From positions 1 through 51,376 of the forward strand of contig CAYFIW010000006.1 of NCBI GenBank assembly GCA_964343265.1: DNA of 51,376 nucleotides. The letters run 5' to 3'. Under the pieces are notes generated by a model. It was not told the DNA's origin. It worked only from the letters and a program-made list of their open reading frames with translations, and made no database searches. Shown here piece by piece: positions 1 to 9,869 of this stretch. Source of the stretch: an uncultured Dehalococcoidia bacterium (lineage in GTDB: Bacteria > Chloroflexota > Dehalococcoidia > Lucifugimonadales > UBA826). The stretch's first letter is position 1, and every line of letters begins with the position of its first letter. The position numbers were made by a program, and so were the translations under genes.

Positions 1-1083
1 TTGAATCAAATCGATATGTTTCGTACTTATGGTCTAGGTAGTTTTAAGACTTTATTGGTGGAGCTTTCTAAGGATCCGGCAATGATTTTATGGCTAGACA
101 ATAACGATAACCACAAAGATGCCATTAATGAGAATTACGGGCGTGAGCTACTTGAATTGTTTTCTATGGGAATAGGTGCCTATAGCGAAGAAGATATCAA
201 AGAATGTGCTAAAGCGTTTACAGGTTGGACTTTAAAGAATTCAGAATACATGTCTATGCGTGCAAGTAAAGATTCCATATGGCCGTATGGAAGGATTTCT
301 TGGCATTATGAGTACCGAGAGGAAGATCATGATGAATCAGAAAAACATTTCTTGGGAGAGAGGGGTAATTTCAATGGATCAGATGTCATCGACATAATTA
401 CCCGTCAGGAGGCTACTGCTAGGTTCTTATGTACTAGATTGTTTCAATTTTTTGGTTCAGACGACATCAGCGATGCAGGAAACCATGTAATTGAAAGCAT
501 GATGGAAGAATATTTCAGAACTGATTACGAGGTTTCTTCCGTGCTCAGAATTCTTTTTAATTCAGAGTACTTTAAATCTAATAGCGCAAGATACGCTAAA
601 GTTAAAGGGCCTGTTGAATCAGTAGTTGGGATAGCGCGGCTTTCTGGAGCTTATTCAGAACCTACTCTTGATGTTGGTGGACTGTGGTCTCAAGCAATGT
701 ATATGGGGCAAGGACTACTGGCTCCACCTACAGTGGAGGGTTGGCATGAGGGGACTGAATGGATAGATAGTGGGGCATTGGTTGAACGTGTAAACTTCGC
801 CTCTAGGGAACTTGGGAATCCTCTCAAGCCAGGTGTCCAAAAAATCATTCAACGGATTATTGATGATGTTAACTTTACAGGAACCCCTAGTGAAATTGTG
901 GATAGCTGTTTAGATGAAATGGGCCGTGTCGAAGTAGACGGTTCTACCAGAGAGATTTTGCTAGATTTTGCATCTTCACTCGGCAAATTTGATCTAAGTA
1001 TAGAAGACTCTGACATTGAGAGAAAAAAAATTGCTGACACCATGAGCATGATAGCGTCAACACGTGAATATCAGCTTGCCTGA
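1..1083 (+). CDS. DUF1800 family protein (5'-truncated by window edge)
   Basis: Motifs DPAMILWLDN, NENYGRELLELFSMG, AKAFTGW, PPTVEGW are typical of DUF1800; frame is open from base 1. Confidence 0.85.
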   Translation: MNQIDMFRTYGLGSFKTLLVELSKDPAMILWLDNNDNHKDAINENYGRELLELFSMGIGAYSEEDIKECAKAFTGWTLKNSEYMSMRASKDSIWPYGRISWHYEYREEDHDESEKHFLGERGNFNGSDVIDIITRQEATARFLCTRLFQFFGSDDISDAGNHVIESMMEEYFRTDYEVSSVLRILFNSEYFKSNSARYAKVKGPVESVVGIARLSGAYSEPTLDVGGLWSQAMYMGQGLLAPPTVEGWHEGTEWIDSGALVERVNFASRELGNPLKPGVQKIIQRIIDDVNFTGTPSEIVDSCLDEMGRVEVDGSTREILLDFASSLGKFDLSIEDSDIERKKIADTMSMIASTREYQLA

Positions 1084-1138
1084 TTTGTTGAATACATAGC
1101 GATTTTTTTCTTCCAAGTTCCTAAAGTACGTGTGGTAG

Positions 1139-2161
1139 ATGTCTATAAAAAGTTTCAGTAAGGTCCAATATATAAAAACTATAGGTATAGTAAACAATGG
1201 CAATAATGGCCGCGGGTTTGCTAATCCTTATGACGTAGCTATATCTCCTGATGGCAATCTTTTTGTCTTAAATAGATGTGATCCTGCTAGACGTTCTGCG
1301 ATTAGAGTGGGTGTATGTAACTTTGAAGAAGACTATTTATATGAATTTGGGTACGGTTTCGGAGATGGACCGGGTCAAATGGTGTGGCCAGTCTCTATGT
1401 GTTTTGATTCGAAATCGAGAATTTTCATAACCGATGAGCATAACAATCGAATCACAATATTTTCTGTAGATGGAGAGTACGTGTCACATTGGGGTGTTAA
1501 GGGTGGCGATAAGGGGACTTTTAACGGGCCTGCAGGGATATGTATAGATGATGCAGATGATGTTTATTTAGTTGATCAAAAAAATCATCGAATACAAAAA
1601 TATACGTCTCAAGGAGAATTTATTTGTCAGTGGGGGGAACAAGGTTCCGAAGAAGGACAATTCAATTTGCCATGGGGAATTACGCAAAGTAGAGAAGGCG
1701 ATATATATGTAGCGGATTGGCGCAATGATAGAGTGCAAGTTTTTGATTCAAAAGGCACATTTATTAGGCTGATTGGGGACTCAGGCGCAGGTTCTCAAGG
1801 AGAGAATCTTACTCGTCCTACTGGTGTTGCTATTGACAGTGGTGGCACGGTTTATGTTTCAGATTGGGGTAATGAGCGGGTCCAAGTTTACAATTCAGAA
1901 GGTTCATATATCTACACGTTAAGGGGCGAATCAACGTTGTCAAAATGGGCTTTAGAATTTTTTGCCTCTAATCCTGATGAAATGGAACAGCGAAAAATTT
2001 CTAACTTGACTCCTGAATTACCTGACCATTTGTCGAGTCCTTATCATATATCCTCTCAGACTGAATCGTATTTTTGGGGGCCTGTATCCTTACGGATTGA
2101 CCAATCGGACATTCTGTATGTGGTTGAGTCAAATCGTCACAGAATACAGATATATCAATGA
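1139..2161 (+). CDS. NHL-repeat beta-propeller protein, no signal peptide
   Basis: Repeated blades of type F/LxxPxGI/V..D..G.(I/V)YV.D..NxRI/VQ. Confidence 0.85.
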   Translation: MSIKSFSKVQYIKTIGIVNNGNNGRGFANPYDVAISPDGNLFVLNRCDPARRSAIRVGVCNFEEDYLYEFGYGFGDGPGQMVWPVSMCFDSKSRIFITDEHNNRITIFSVDGEYVSHWGVKGGDKGTFNGPAGICIDDADDVYLVDQKNHRIQKYTSQGEFICQWGEQGSEEGQFNLPWGITQSREGDIYVADWRNDRVQVFDSKGTFIRLIGDSGAGSQGENLTRPTGVAIDSGGTVYVSDWGNERVQVYNSEGSYIYTLRGESTLSKWALEFFASNPDEMEQRKISNLTPELPDHLSSPYHISSQTESYFWGPVSLRIDQSDILYVVESNRHRIQIYQ

Positions 2162-2171
2162 CATATCCCTA

Positions 2172-2609
2172 TTAGGAAGGCTGTATAAGTTCAATCCAGT
2201 TACCTTCAGGGTCCTGGCAGTAGCAAATTCCATTCCTGGTTCCGTCATCATTGTCCGTAAAAATTGGATCTGTGACGAATTTAATGCCTTTGCTGACTAA
2301 TTTCTTGTGCAAGGATTCTAAGTCTGAGACGTTAAAGCAGATATGAGTGGAACCGAGTTGGTTTCTCTCTAGGTGACCTTCTGGACTAGTAGGGTTGATG
2401 TAATGCACAAGTTCAAGTGAATGCTCCCCCTGGGTTCCAACAAAGACGAGGGTCCGGTGAGAGCCGGGTATTCCGGTATGGTTTCCACCAGGAGGGGCTT
2501 TACTGTCAACTTCCCTCTCGACCCGTAACCCCAGATCATCTCTGTAGAAAGCTACCATTTTATCTATATCTTTCACCACAAAACCTGAGTGATTAAATCC
2601 AGTTACCAT
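2172..2609 (-). CDS. VOC/glyoxalase family protein
   Basis: FNHSGFVV.D...FY..LG, LELVHY, HICFNV.D, DPEGNWIEL. Start placed at MVTGF; 2621 is the alternative. Confidence 0.85.
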   Translation of the reverse strand: MVTGFNHSGFVVKDIDKMVAFYRDDLGLRVEREVDSKAPPGGNHTGIPGSHRTLVFVGTQGEHSLELVHYINPTSPEGHLERNQLGSTHICFNVSDLESLHKKLVSKGIKFVTDPIFTDNDDGTRNGICYCQDPEGNWIELIQPS

Positions 2610-2709
2610 ATGCCAATTCATACTCCTTGATGGTTTTTTGTAGTCTATATATAAGTTGGTTTTCATTGCAAATTACTAAGGTGCAGTGTATCGTTTCGTT
2701 TTGATAAAT

Positions 2710-2955
2710 ATGTCGTTTCTTACAGTTCTCAAAATACCCTTCGTATGGGGATTCATAGGTTTGATTGTCGGCTCACTTTTGGGTGGGACCACCTTGGCGG
2801 TTTGGCTTATAGCCTTGCTGTTGGTGGGGTTTCTCGTTTTTATGAAGTTCAGTGGTCCTCCGGAGGAATCTGGTGAAGGGGCACTTTTTGCCGGTGGTAG
2901 TTTGCTTATGATCGGCTGGATACTTGGGTTTTCTATACGCGGGATACTCATTTAG
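2710..2955 (+). CDS. Small hypothetical membrane protein (~3 TM helices)
   Basis: Three hydrophobic Gly-rich segments; co-oriented with lutA; fills the gap between VOC and lutA. Confidence 0.7.
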   Translation: MSFLTVLKIPFVWGFIGLIVGSLLGGTTLAVWLIALLLVGFLVFMKFSGPPEESGEGALFAGGSLLMIGWILGFSIRGILI

Positions 2956-2998
2956 CAATAACTTTTCCCCCATAGATATATATTTCGTAAGGACATAG

Positions 2999-3796
2999 GT
3001 GGTCGTAGTGGCAAGCAAGGCCAAAGTAAGTATATTCGCTACGTGCGTCGTTAATCATTTGTATCCTAACGTTGGAATGAGTGTATCCAATGTGTTAAAT
3101 AAACTTGGGATTTCAACGACAGTTGAAGTGACCCAGGTTTGCTGTGGCCAGCCCTTTTTCAATTCGGGATATTGGTCTGATGCACGGAAACTTGGAAAAA
3201 AATTTTTGGAACTATACAACTCTGTTGAAGATGACATAGTTATCCCTTCAGGATCTTGTACTAGTATGATACGTAATCATTATCCTGATCTTTTTGAAGA
3301 AGAAGATGATTTGCTAACAATAATTGATGATGTAAATTCGCGAATATATGAATTTACAGAATATGTTAGCTGTATCCTAAAAAATGACGACCGCAAGCTG
3401 GATGTTGAAAAGAAGTCTTCGGGACAAACTCCGAAGGTGACTTATCATGAAGCTTGTCATTTAAGTAGGGAACTGGGGATAAAAGAAGGACCAAGAAATC
3501 TACTAAACCTCGTTGATGGAGTGGAATTTATTGAGATGCCCAAATCCGAGGTGTGCTGTGGCTTTGGGGGATTATTCTCCATCAAATTTGCAGATATATC
3601 CTCGGCAATGATGAATGAAAAAATCGATTCTATACGATCTGTGGATTGCGAATTCGTAACCTCAAGTGATTCCAGTTGTCTGATGAATATTGGGGGAGGA
3701 CTTGATAAAAACAACATCCCTACCAAACCTATGCATATAGCCGAAATTTTAGACAAATTTATCCTATATGAGAAAGCACATGAAGCCTCAAACTGA
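2999..3796 (+). CDS. lutA: Lactate utilization protein A (CCG-domain Fe-S subunit)
   Basis: FATC, QVCCGQP, PSGSC, TYHEACH, CCGFGG motifs; upstream of lutB and lutC. Confidence 0.9.
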   Translation: MVVVASKAKVSIFATCVVNHLYPNVGMSVSNVLNKLGISTTVEVTQVCCGQPFFNSGYWSDARKLGKKFLELYNSVEDDIVIPSGSCTSMIRNHYPDLFEEEDDLLTIIDDVNSRIYEFTEYVSCILKNDDRKLDVEKKSSGQTPKVTYHEACHLSRELGIKEGPRNLLNLVDGVEFIEMPKSEVCCGFGGLFSIKFADISSAMMNEKIDSIRSVDCEFVTSSDSSCLMNIGGGLDKNNIPTKPMHIAEILDKFILYEKAHEASN

Positions 3797-5201
3797 ACTG
3801 TTCAAACAAAAATCTGTTGAAACTCTTCATGATGTCAAGATACAGGAGAATCTGTCTGGCTTGTACTCTGGATTTCACGAGGAAAGAATAAAAGTTTCGG
3901 CAGAGACCGAAAATTGGGATAACATGCGTGAAAAGGGTAGAAAGATAAAGGCTCATACTCTTGATAATCTTGATAAATATTTGGAGCAACTAGAGAAAAA
4001 CATAATTGATTCTGGTGGAAATGTGTTTTATGCAAACTCTGCATCAGATGCATCAGATTATGTTACTAACTTAGCGAAGGAACGCGGAGTAAAATCCGTA
4101 GTCAAAAGCAAGTCCATGATTTCAGAAGAAATGTCATTGAATCACCATTTGGAAATTCAAGGTATTGAATCGGTTGAAACTGATCTGGGAGAGTACATTG
4201 TTCAATTAGCGGACGAGGCCCCCTATCACATTATTGCACCCGCGATTCACAAATCAAGTGAGGAAGTCTCAAAACTTTTTAACGAGAAACTTGGTACTGA
4301 TCCAGATTATGGTATTCAGGATCTGACAGAGGTGGCTAGAAAACAACTTAGGCAGAAATTCATTCATGCTGATATGGGTATCACTGGTGGTAATTTCATG
4401 GTTGCAGATACTGGGACTCTAGTTATTGTGACCAACGAAGGTAACGGGAGGATGTGTACTTCGATGCCCAGGATTCATGTAGCGATAGTTGGTATGGAAA
4501 AAGTCATTCCGTCTGTGTCAGATTTGGGCCTGTTTCTTAGGTTGCTTATTAGATCTGCTACAGGGCAGTGGATGTCGAGCTATGTTACAACGGTGTCCGG
4601 TCCAAAGAGATCTACAGATATAGATGGGCCTGAAGAATTCCATTTGGTTATAGTTGATAATGGTCGCTCCAATATGATTGCGGACCCAAAGCTAAGGGAA
4701 GCTCTGTACTGCCTTAGGTGTGGTGCATGCTTAAATGCTTGTCCTGTGTATCGTAAAGTGGGAGGGCATTCATATGGATGGGTGTATCCAGGCCCTATAG
4801 GTTCAATAGTGTCTCCTATGTTGACAGGACTATCAGATGGTAAAGATCTCCCATTTGCTTCAACTTTATGTGGTTCTTGCAAGGAGGCGTGTCCTGTAAA
4901 TATAGATATACCTAGGATGCTATTACATTTAAGAAATCAAGTTTCTGAAGGAAACACATCTGAGAAGGGATTGATCGGTAGTAGGTTTGAAAGAGGATTA
5001 TCCTCCATGGCATCTGCATTTCTTTCATCCCCTAAATGGGCGTCTAATTTAATAAGTCTGGCTAGATTTATTTCCGATAAATTACCTGGTAAATTTTCAG
5101 TTTTTCCTTCCGCTTGGACTCGCACCAAAGAAACTCCACATTTACCAAAGAAAAATTTTGTTGAGATGTGGAATGAACAAAACAACGCTAACGATGTCTA
5201 G
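3780..5201 (+). CDS. lutB: Lactate utilization protein B (LUD domain + 4Fe-4S)
   Basis: KSKSM, ETDLGEYI, NEGNGR, CLRCGACLNACPVY, CGSCKEACPV. Confidence 0.93.
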   Translation: MKPQTELFKQKSVETLHDVKIQENLSGLYSGFHEERIKVSAETENWDNMREKGRKIKAHTLDNLDKYLEQLEKNIIDSGGNVFYANSASDASDYVTNLAKERGVKSVVKSKSMISEEMSLNHHLEIQGIESVETDLGEYIVQLADEAPYHIIAPAIHKSSEEVSKLFNEKLGTDPDYGIQDLTEVARKQLRQKFIHADMGITGGNFMVADTGTLVIVTNEGNGRMCTSMPRIHVAIVGMEKVIPSVSDLGLFLRLLIRSATGQWMSSYVTTVSGPKRSTDIDGPEEFHLVIVDNGRSNMIADPKLREALYCLRCGACLNACPVYRKVGGHSYGWVYPGPIGSIVSPMLTGLSDGKDLPFASTLCGSCKEACPVNIDIPRMLLHLRNQVSEGNTSEKGLIGSRFERGLSSMASAFLSSPKWASNLISLARFISDKLPGKFSVFPSAWTRTKETPHLPKKNFVEMWNEQNNANDV

Positions 5202-5229
5202 GTGAATTTTTATGCAAAGGTACATTTAG

Positions 5230-5943
5230 ATGCATAGAGAGTCTTTTTTTGAGAATCTGAGACAATCTCTCGAGAAAGGTCGTTCCAAGTCACCGAATTT
5301 GTGGAACCCAGATAGTGAGCAAGAGACACGGGACCAGGTGCAGGTAATTCTTGATTCTTCTGAGACCCTGTGGGAAGAAAGATATGAAACCATTGTCACA
5401 ACTGCAAGGAAAGCGGGGTGGAATGTAGCTCGGGTAGCCACTTTGGAAGATGTGATTGAGTATCTAGAATGTTTGGTACAAGAAAAACAAGCAACAAAAG
5501 TGGTTTTTACATCGCAGACCGCTGTTAGAGACTTGGGGTTAGATAAAATTTTCAGTCAATCACAAATAGAATTTACTGAAATAAACGACAGTGGGAATAA
5601 ATTACCAGCTGATCAACGTTCAAAAGCTATTCAGGCAGATATAGGGATCACAGGTGTTGAGTTTGCTGTCGCAGAGACGGGGACATGTGTTTTAACTGCA
5701 GGTAGTGATACTGGCAGGTTAGTTGGACTCGCACCGCCTGTTCATGTTGCTATAGTGACAAAGGGACAAGTGCTGGATTCTTTGGACGACCTTTTTAAGA
5801 TCAGGAAATCTCAAAAAATCGATGGAACCTTTCCGGCTTATTCAAACTTGATATCAGGGCCTAGTAGGTCGGCTGATATAGAGTACACTCTTGTTACTGG
5901 TGTACACGGCCCAGGAGAAGTTCACATGATATTAGTGGGATAA
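5230..5943 (+). CDS. lutC: Lactate utilization protein C (LUD/YkgG)
   Basis: AVAETGT and ISGPSRSADIE...GVHGP motifs. Confidence 0.92.
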   Translation: MHRESFFENLRQSLEKGRSKSPNLWNPDSEQETRDQVQVILDSSETLWEERYETIVTTARKAGWNVARVATLEDVIEYLECLVQEKQATKVVFTSQTAVRDLGLDKIFSQSQIEFTEINDSGNKLPADQRSKAIQADIGITGVEFAVAETGTCVLTAGSDTGRLVGLAPPVHVAIVTKGQVLDSLDDLFKIRKSQKIDGTFPAYSNLISGPSRSADIEYTLVTGVHGPGEVHMILVG

Positions 5944-7089
5944 TCATTTACTTATTTTCATTCCTACTGAAATAAGTCTTAAACTTTCTTCAGCACATTC
6001 TTTAATGAGTTTGTACGCGCTACTGGATGCTTCTTCTAAACTCATAGGGCCGTTCGTTAGAGATACTGCTGCTTCTATACCGTGTGCATGGACTACATGA
6101 AAATCTTTTCCCAACATTCCTGATATAGCGATAGTTGGAATTTTCTTTTTTTGTGCCATTTTCGCGACACCTATCGGGGCCTTGTCATATACTGTTTGGA
6201 AATCTAGGGCTCCTTCACCAGTTATAACTAGATCCGCTGAATCTAACAGAGCATCTAATCCTACTTTGTCCAGAACGATATCAACACCGGTTCTAAGATT
6301 CCCGTTCATAAAAGCCATTATCCCAGCACCTAGTCCTCCAGCTGCACCTGCACCTGGTATTTCGGAAACTTCCTTGCCCATGTCTTTTTTTATAACTGAA
6401 GAGAGGTTTGACAAGGCTTTGTCTAAAATATCTATTTGTTGTTTGCTGGCTCCCTTTTGGGGTCCATATATAGCTGCTGCTCCTTCAGGACCTGTAAGTG
6501 GATTATTGACGTCGCAGGCGACTTGAAAATCAGAATTTAATATTCGATTATCTAATTTGGATATATCAATTGTCCTTAGATTTTGTAGTGCGGCCCCACC
6601 AACAGGAATTTCTGTGTTTGTTTTGTCCAACAACCTTATACCTAAAGCTTGGGCCATACCGGCACCTGCGTCATTTGTTGCACTTCCACCTATTCCTATA
6701 ATGAAGTCACGAAATCCTGCGTCAAGTGCTGAAAGTATGATCTCACCGAGCCCAAATGTTGTCGCATTTAGAGGATCCCTTTCGTCTAATGTTAGTAGAG
6801 CAAGTCCTGATGTTCTGGCCATTTCAATAACAGCGGTTTTCTGATCACCCATGGCACCCCATAGTGCTCGTACAGGGCTTCCTATAGGTCCTGTTACAGT
6901 AGTTTCATTTATGCTTCCTCCTGAACTTTCCACCAAAGTCTCCAAAGTGCCGTCTCCACCATCGGCCACGGGACAAAGAATGATTTCAGAGTTAGGAAAA
7001 ACGTTAATAACGCCTTCTTGTATAGCTTTTGAAACCTCCAAAGCGCTTATGCTTCCTTTGAAAGCCTGAGGTGCTATAACTATTTTCAT
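5944..7089 (-). CDS. Glycerate kinase (GarK/GlxK family)
   Basis: IAPQAFKGS, ADGGDGT, GGSATNDAG, GPQKGA, GAGAAGG, ITGEG. Confidence 0.93.
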   Translation of the reverse strand: MKIVIAPQAFKGSISALEVSKAIQEGVINVFPNSEIILCPVADGGDGTLETLVESSGGSINETTVTGPIGSPVRALWGAMGDQKTAVIEMARTSGLALLTLDERDPLNATTFGLGEIILSALDAGFRDFIIGIGGSATNDAGAGMAQALGIRLLDKTNTEIPVGGAALQNLRTIDISKLDNRILNSDFQVACDVNNPLTGPEGAAAIYGPQKGASKQQIDILDKALSNLSSVIKKDMGKEVSEIPGAGAAGGLGAGIMAFMNGNLRTGVDIVLDKVGLDALLDSADLVITGEGALDFQTVYDKAPIGVAKMAQKKKIPTIAISGMLGKDFHVVHAHGIEAAVSLTNGPMSLEEASSSAYKLIKECAEESLRLISVGMKISK

Positions 7090-7156
7090 ATCTAAATCCT
7101 TGTGTTTACATGAGAAATAAAGTGGTATTTATCAGGGTTTTAGTATTTTGGTGATA

Positions 7157-7184
7157 TTGATATATTTAGTTTCACTATTATGAT
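7157..7184 (+). promoter_or_regulatory. Candidate sigma70 promoter for the 7233/7541 gene pair
   Basis: TTGATA-N16-TATGAT; AT-rich context makes a chance match possible. Confidence 0.3.
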
Positions 7185-7232
7185 AATAGGGAATTCTAGC
7201 ATCACAAGATTTGAAGTAGAACAGGTGCATTT

Positions 7233-7544
7233 ATGCCAAGGAAGAAAACTAAAGGTCCTACGCGCCAACTTTTCGCCGCAATAAGGGAGGATATCTACTT
7301 GGAAGCGAAGGCGAGGTCGGCGGAGAGAAGAATTTCTATGAGGACATTGCTTGAACAGGCCTTGACTGGATATCTTCAGGGAAATGTAGGTGATGAGTCC
7401 TACGTAGATGAAATACAAAATTCTGAAAAACCGACGATTTGGGATGATGAGTATATAGGAATGCAAGCTGATCGTCCTATTGGAACTCCGGTTGAAATAT
7501 CTGAAGATGAAGCACGAAGGATAGCAAGAGAGGCATTTTTGTGA
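7233..7544 (+). CDS. Small protein with RHH-like N-terminus and acidic C-terminus; putative antitoxin
   Basis: RQLFAAIREDIYLEAKARSAERRISMRTLLEQAL resembles a ribbon-helix-helix; stop overlaps the PIN gene start (GTGA). Confidence 0.6.
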   Translation: MPRKKTKGPTRQLFAAIREDIYLEAKARSAERRISMRTLLEQALTGYLQGNVGDESYVDEIQNSEKPTIWDDEYIGMQADRPIGTPVEISEDEARRIAREAFL

Positions 7545-7969
7545 ATAGTGATATCGATTACCTTATCGATTCGTCCGTCATAAAATCCTATACCGATGGC
7601 AATAGTAAAGCCATGGAACTAATTTATTCTGCTATCGATGGCGATATTTCATTAGCTATCTCATCGTATACATTGTACAAAGTATGGGGTACTGATTCTT
7701 TTGATCGGAAATCAGAAATTGGATATTCAGGACTTCTAAAATTTTTGAAAGTGATAAACGTTGATTCTGAAATTGCCAAAATAGCAGGACATATCGCTAG
7801 GCTTTTGAAAGAATCACAAGTTTCTGAATTTAACGATTTTTTTGATGAGCACGCCATAGCTGGAAGTATTGTCAAGGGAAGAGAATGTACTGCTGTGACA
7901 GATTCTGAAGTGTTCATCGATGAACCAGAAGTCAGATTCGTAAGTCTTGATTCAGTAGAGTTGTATTAG
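7541..7969 (+). CDS. PIN-domain (VapC-like) protein, divergent
   Basis: YLIDSSV, ISSYT, VINVDSEIAKIAG, D..AIAG, AVTD pattern; 142 aa. Confidence 0.7.
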   Translation: MNSDIDYLIDSSVIKSYTDGNSKAMELIYSAIDGDISLAISSYTLYKVWGTDSFDRKSEIGYSGLLKFLKVINVDSEIAKIAGHIARLLKESQVSEFNDFFDEHAIAGSIVKGRECTAVTDSEVFIDEPEVRFVSLDSVELY

Positions 7970-7996
7970 ACTTGAATTTGTTAATCTCTAGATAAA

Positions 7997-9823
7997 TTAA
8001 ATATAAGACTTGATTTGGTTTGCCAGAGAAATTGTGATTCCTGGTGTGCTGGCAATATCGTCTAGTTCGGCTTCCCTGATTTTGCTTACAGAACCAAATT
8101 TACGCAATAATTGTTTCCTTCTTTTAGGACCGATCCCAGGGACAAGATCCAAAGACGATCTAAAAGTTGATTTGCTTCTCTTGCGCCTATGATAAGTAAT
8201 AGCGAAACGATGAGCCTCATCTCGAGCTCTTTGCATGAGGAACAGACCATGTGAATTTCGAGGTAAAACTATAGGCTCGGGTGTTTGCGGTACAAATATT
8301 TCCTCATTTTCTTTAGCTAGACTTGCCAACGGTACGTCTCTAATACCAAGCTCTAGGAAAACCTGTAACGCGGCGCCCAAATGTCCCTTGCCTCCGTCGA
8401 TTAAAACTAAGTTTGGTTGTTTAACCCAACTAGATTGATCTGGATCTTTATCGATTAAGCGTTTAAATCGACGTGACAGCATCTCTCGCATCATTGAATA
8501 ATCATCGACGCCTTCAACTGTCTTTATTTGGAAGCGTCTATATTCACTTGTCTTGGGACTTCCATTTTCGAAAACCACCATGCTGCCAACGGAGTTTGTT
8601 CCTTGTATGTTGGATATGTCATAGCATTCTATTCGTTCAGGTTTGTCAGGGAGATTAAGAGCTTCTTGTATTTCTGACATTGCAGTATCGTCATTGTCCA
8701 ACTCAGTGAATCTAGTCACCTTTAATTGATCCATGCCTTTTGATGCATTCTCAACAACCATGTCCACTAATTTTTTACGTTCTCCTCTTTTAGGGTTCAG
8801 TATTTTAACCTTTGCTCCCCGATTATATGAGAGTAGATTCTCCAAGGTGTTTGATTCCTCGGTAGATGGGAATTGAGTTAGGATCAATGGAGGAATGTAT
8901 GGTGTTACTCTGTAGAATTGGTTTATAAAAGCATTTTGGATAGTGGGAAGATCGTCTTCCTGGCCGACTTCCATCAAAAAGTTGTCCCTCCCAATTAATT
9001 TTCCTTGTCTTATAAAGAAGACTTCAACCCAGGCTTCAGATGACCATAAAGAACAACCAATTATGTCTATATTTTTAGAATCTAGACTAAGTACCTTCTG
9101 GCCTTCATTAACTTTTTCTATCGCTATGACCTGATCTCTTAAAGTTGCAGCTTTTTCAAATTCTAGATTTTGCGCAGCGGCATTCATCTTATCTGTAATA
9201 GAATTTACAACTTGTTTAGTGTTACCTTCCAAAAATAGTTCTACTTGCTTGATTATTTCCCCATAATCTTCTTTACTTGCCGCTCCAATACACGGGCCCA
9301 CGCATCTGTTTATATGGAAATCTAGGCAGGCTCTACTATCATTACCAGTGATCGTTTTTGTACATGATCTATAAGGGAACAGTTTTTTGATTAATGAAAG
9401 AGTTTTTCTTACACTACCAGCGCTGGCAAATGGTCCAAAATATTTGGCTTTTGAACCTGACTCTACATTTCTAGTTATGTAGACTTGTGGGAATTCTTCA
9501 GAGGTGTCTATTTTAATAAATGGGTAACTCTTATCGTCTTTCAATCTGGAATTAAACCTGGGCTGATGTTCTTTTATGAGGTTACATTCCAGAATCAATG
9601 CTTCTTGTTCCGATTCCGTCACTATGAAATTGAAATCAGTAAGAGAACTGACCAAAGCTTTTATCTTTGGACTTATGTCTGGGCTGCGCGAAAAATAGGA
9701 GCGTAGCCTGGTTCTCAGATTGGATGCCTTTCCAACGTATAAGATTTCTCCAGCATCATTTTGCATCAAATAAACTCCCGGCGATACAGGAGTATGATTT
9801 AATCTTTCATTAAAGCGAGTCAT
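7997..9823 (-). CDS. uvrC: Excinuclease ABC subunit C
   Basis: GIY-YIG (PGVYLM..LYVGKA), IECYDISN, DGGKG, RDEAHRFA, C-terminal HhH. Confidence 0.97.
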   Translation of the reverse strand: MTRFNERLNHTPVSPGVYLMQNDAGEILYVGKASNLRTRLRSYFSRSPDISPKIKALVSSLTDFNFIVTESEQEALILECNLIKEHQPRFNSRLKDDKSYPFIKIDTSEEFPQVYITRNVESGSKAKYFGPFASAGSVRKTLSLIKKLFPYRSCTKTITGNDSRACLDFHINRCVGPCIGAASKEDYGEIIKQVELFLEGNTKQVVNSITDKMNAAAQNLEFEKAATLRDQVIAIEKVNEGQKVLSLDSKNIDIIGCSLWSSEAWVEVFFIRQGKLIGRDNFLMEVGQEDDLPTIQNAFINQFYRVTPYIPPLILTQFPSTEESNTLENLLSYNRGAKVKILNPKRGERKKLVDMVVENASKGMDQLKVTRFTELDNDDTAMSEIQEALNLPDKPERIECYDISNIQGTNSVGSMVVFENGSPKTSEYRRFQIKTVEGVDDYSMMREMLSRRFKRLIDKDPDQSSWVKQPNLVLIDGGKGHLGAALQVFLELGIRDVPLASLAKENEEIFVPQTPEPIVLPRNSHGLFLMQRARDEAHRFAITYHRRKRSKSTFRSSLDLVPGIGPKRRKQLLRKFGSVSKIREAELDDIASTPGITISLANQIKSYI

Positions 9824-9869
9824 CTAGATTGCTCGCTCCTTCACACATCTTTTAATTCTTATTCTTTTT

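Noticed and set aside
1139-2161. Periodic sequence in the NHL and TPR genes as a DNA repeat or CRISPR array
   Set aside because: The periodicity is at protein level only; there are no identical repeats with spacers and no cas genes
7217-7229. AGAACAGGTGCAT as a LexA box
   Set aside because: The right half (GCAT) does not match GTTC/GTTT of GAAC-N4-GTTC
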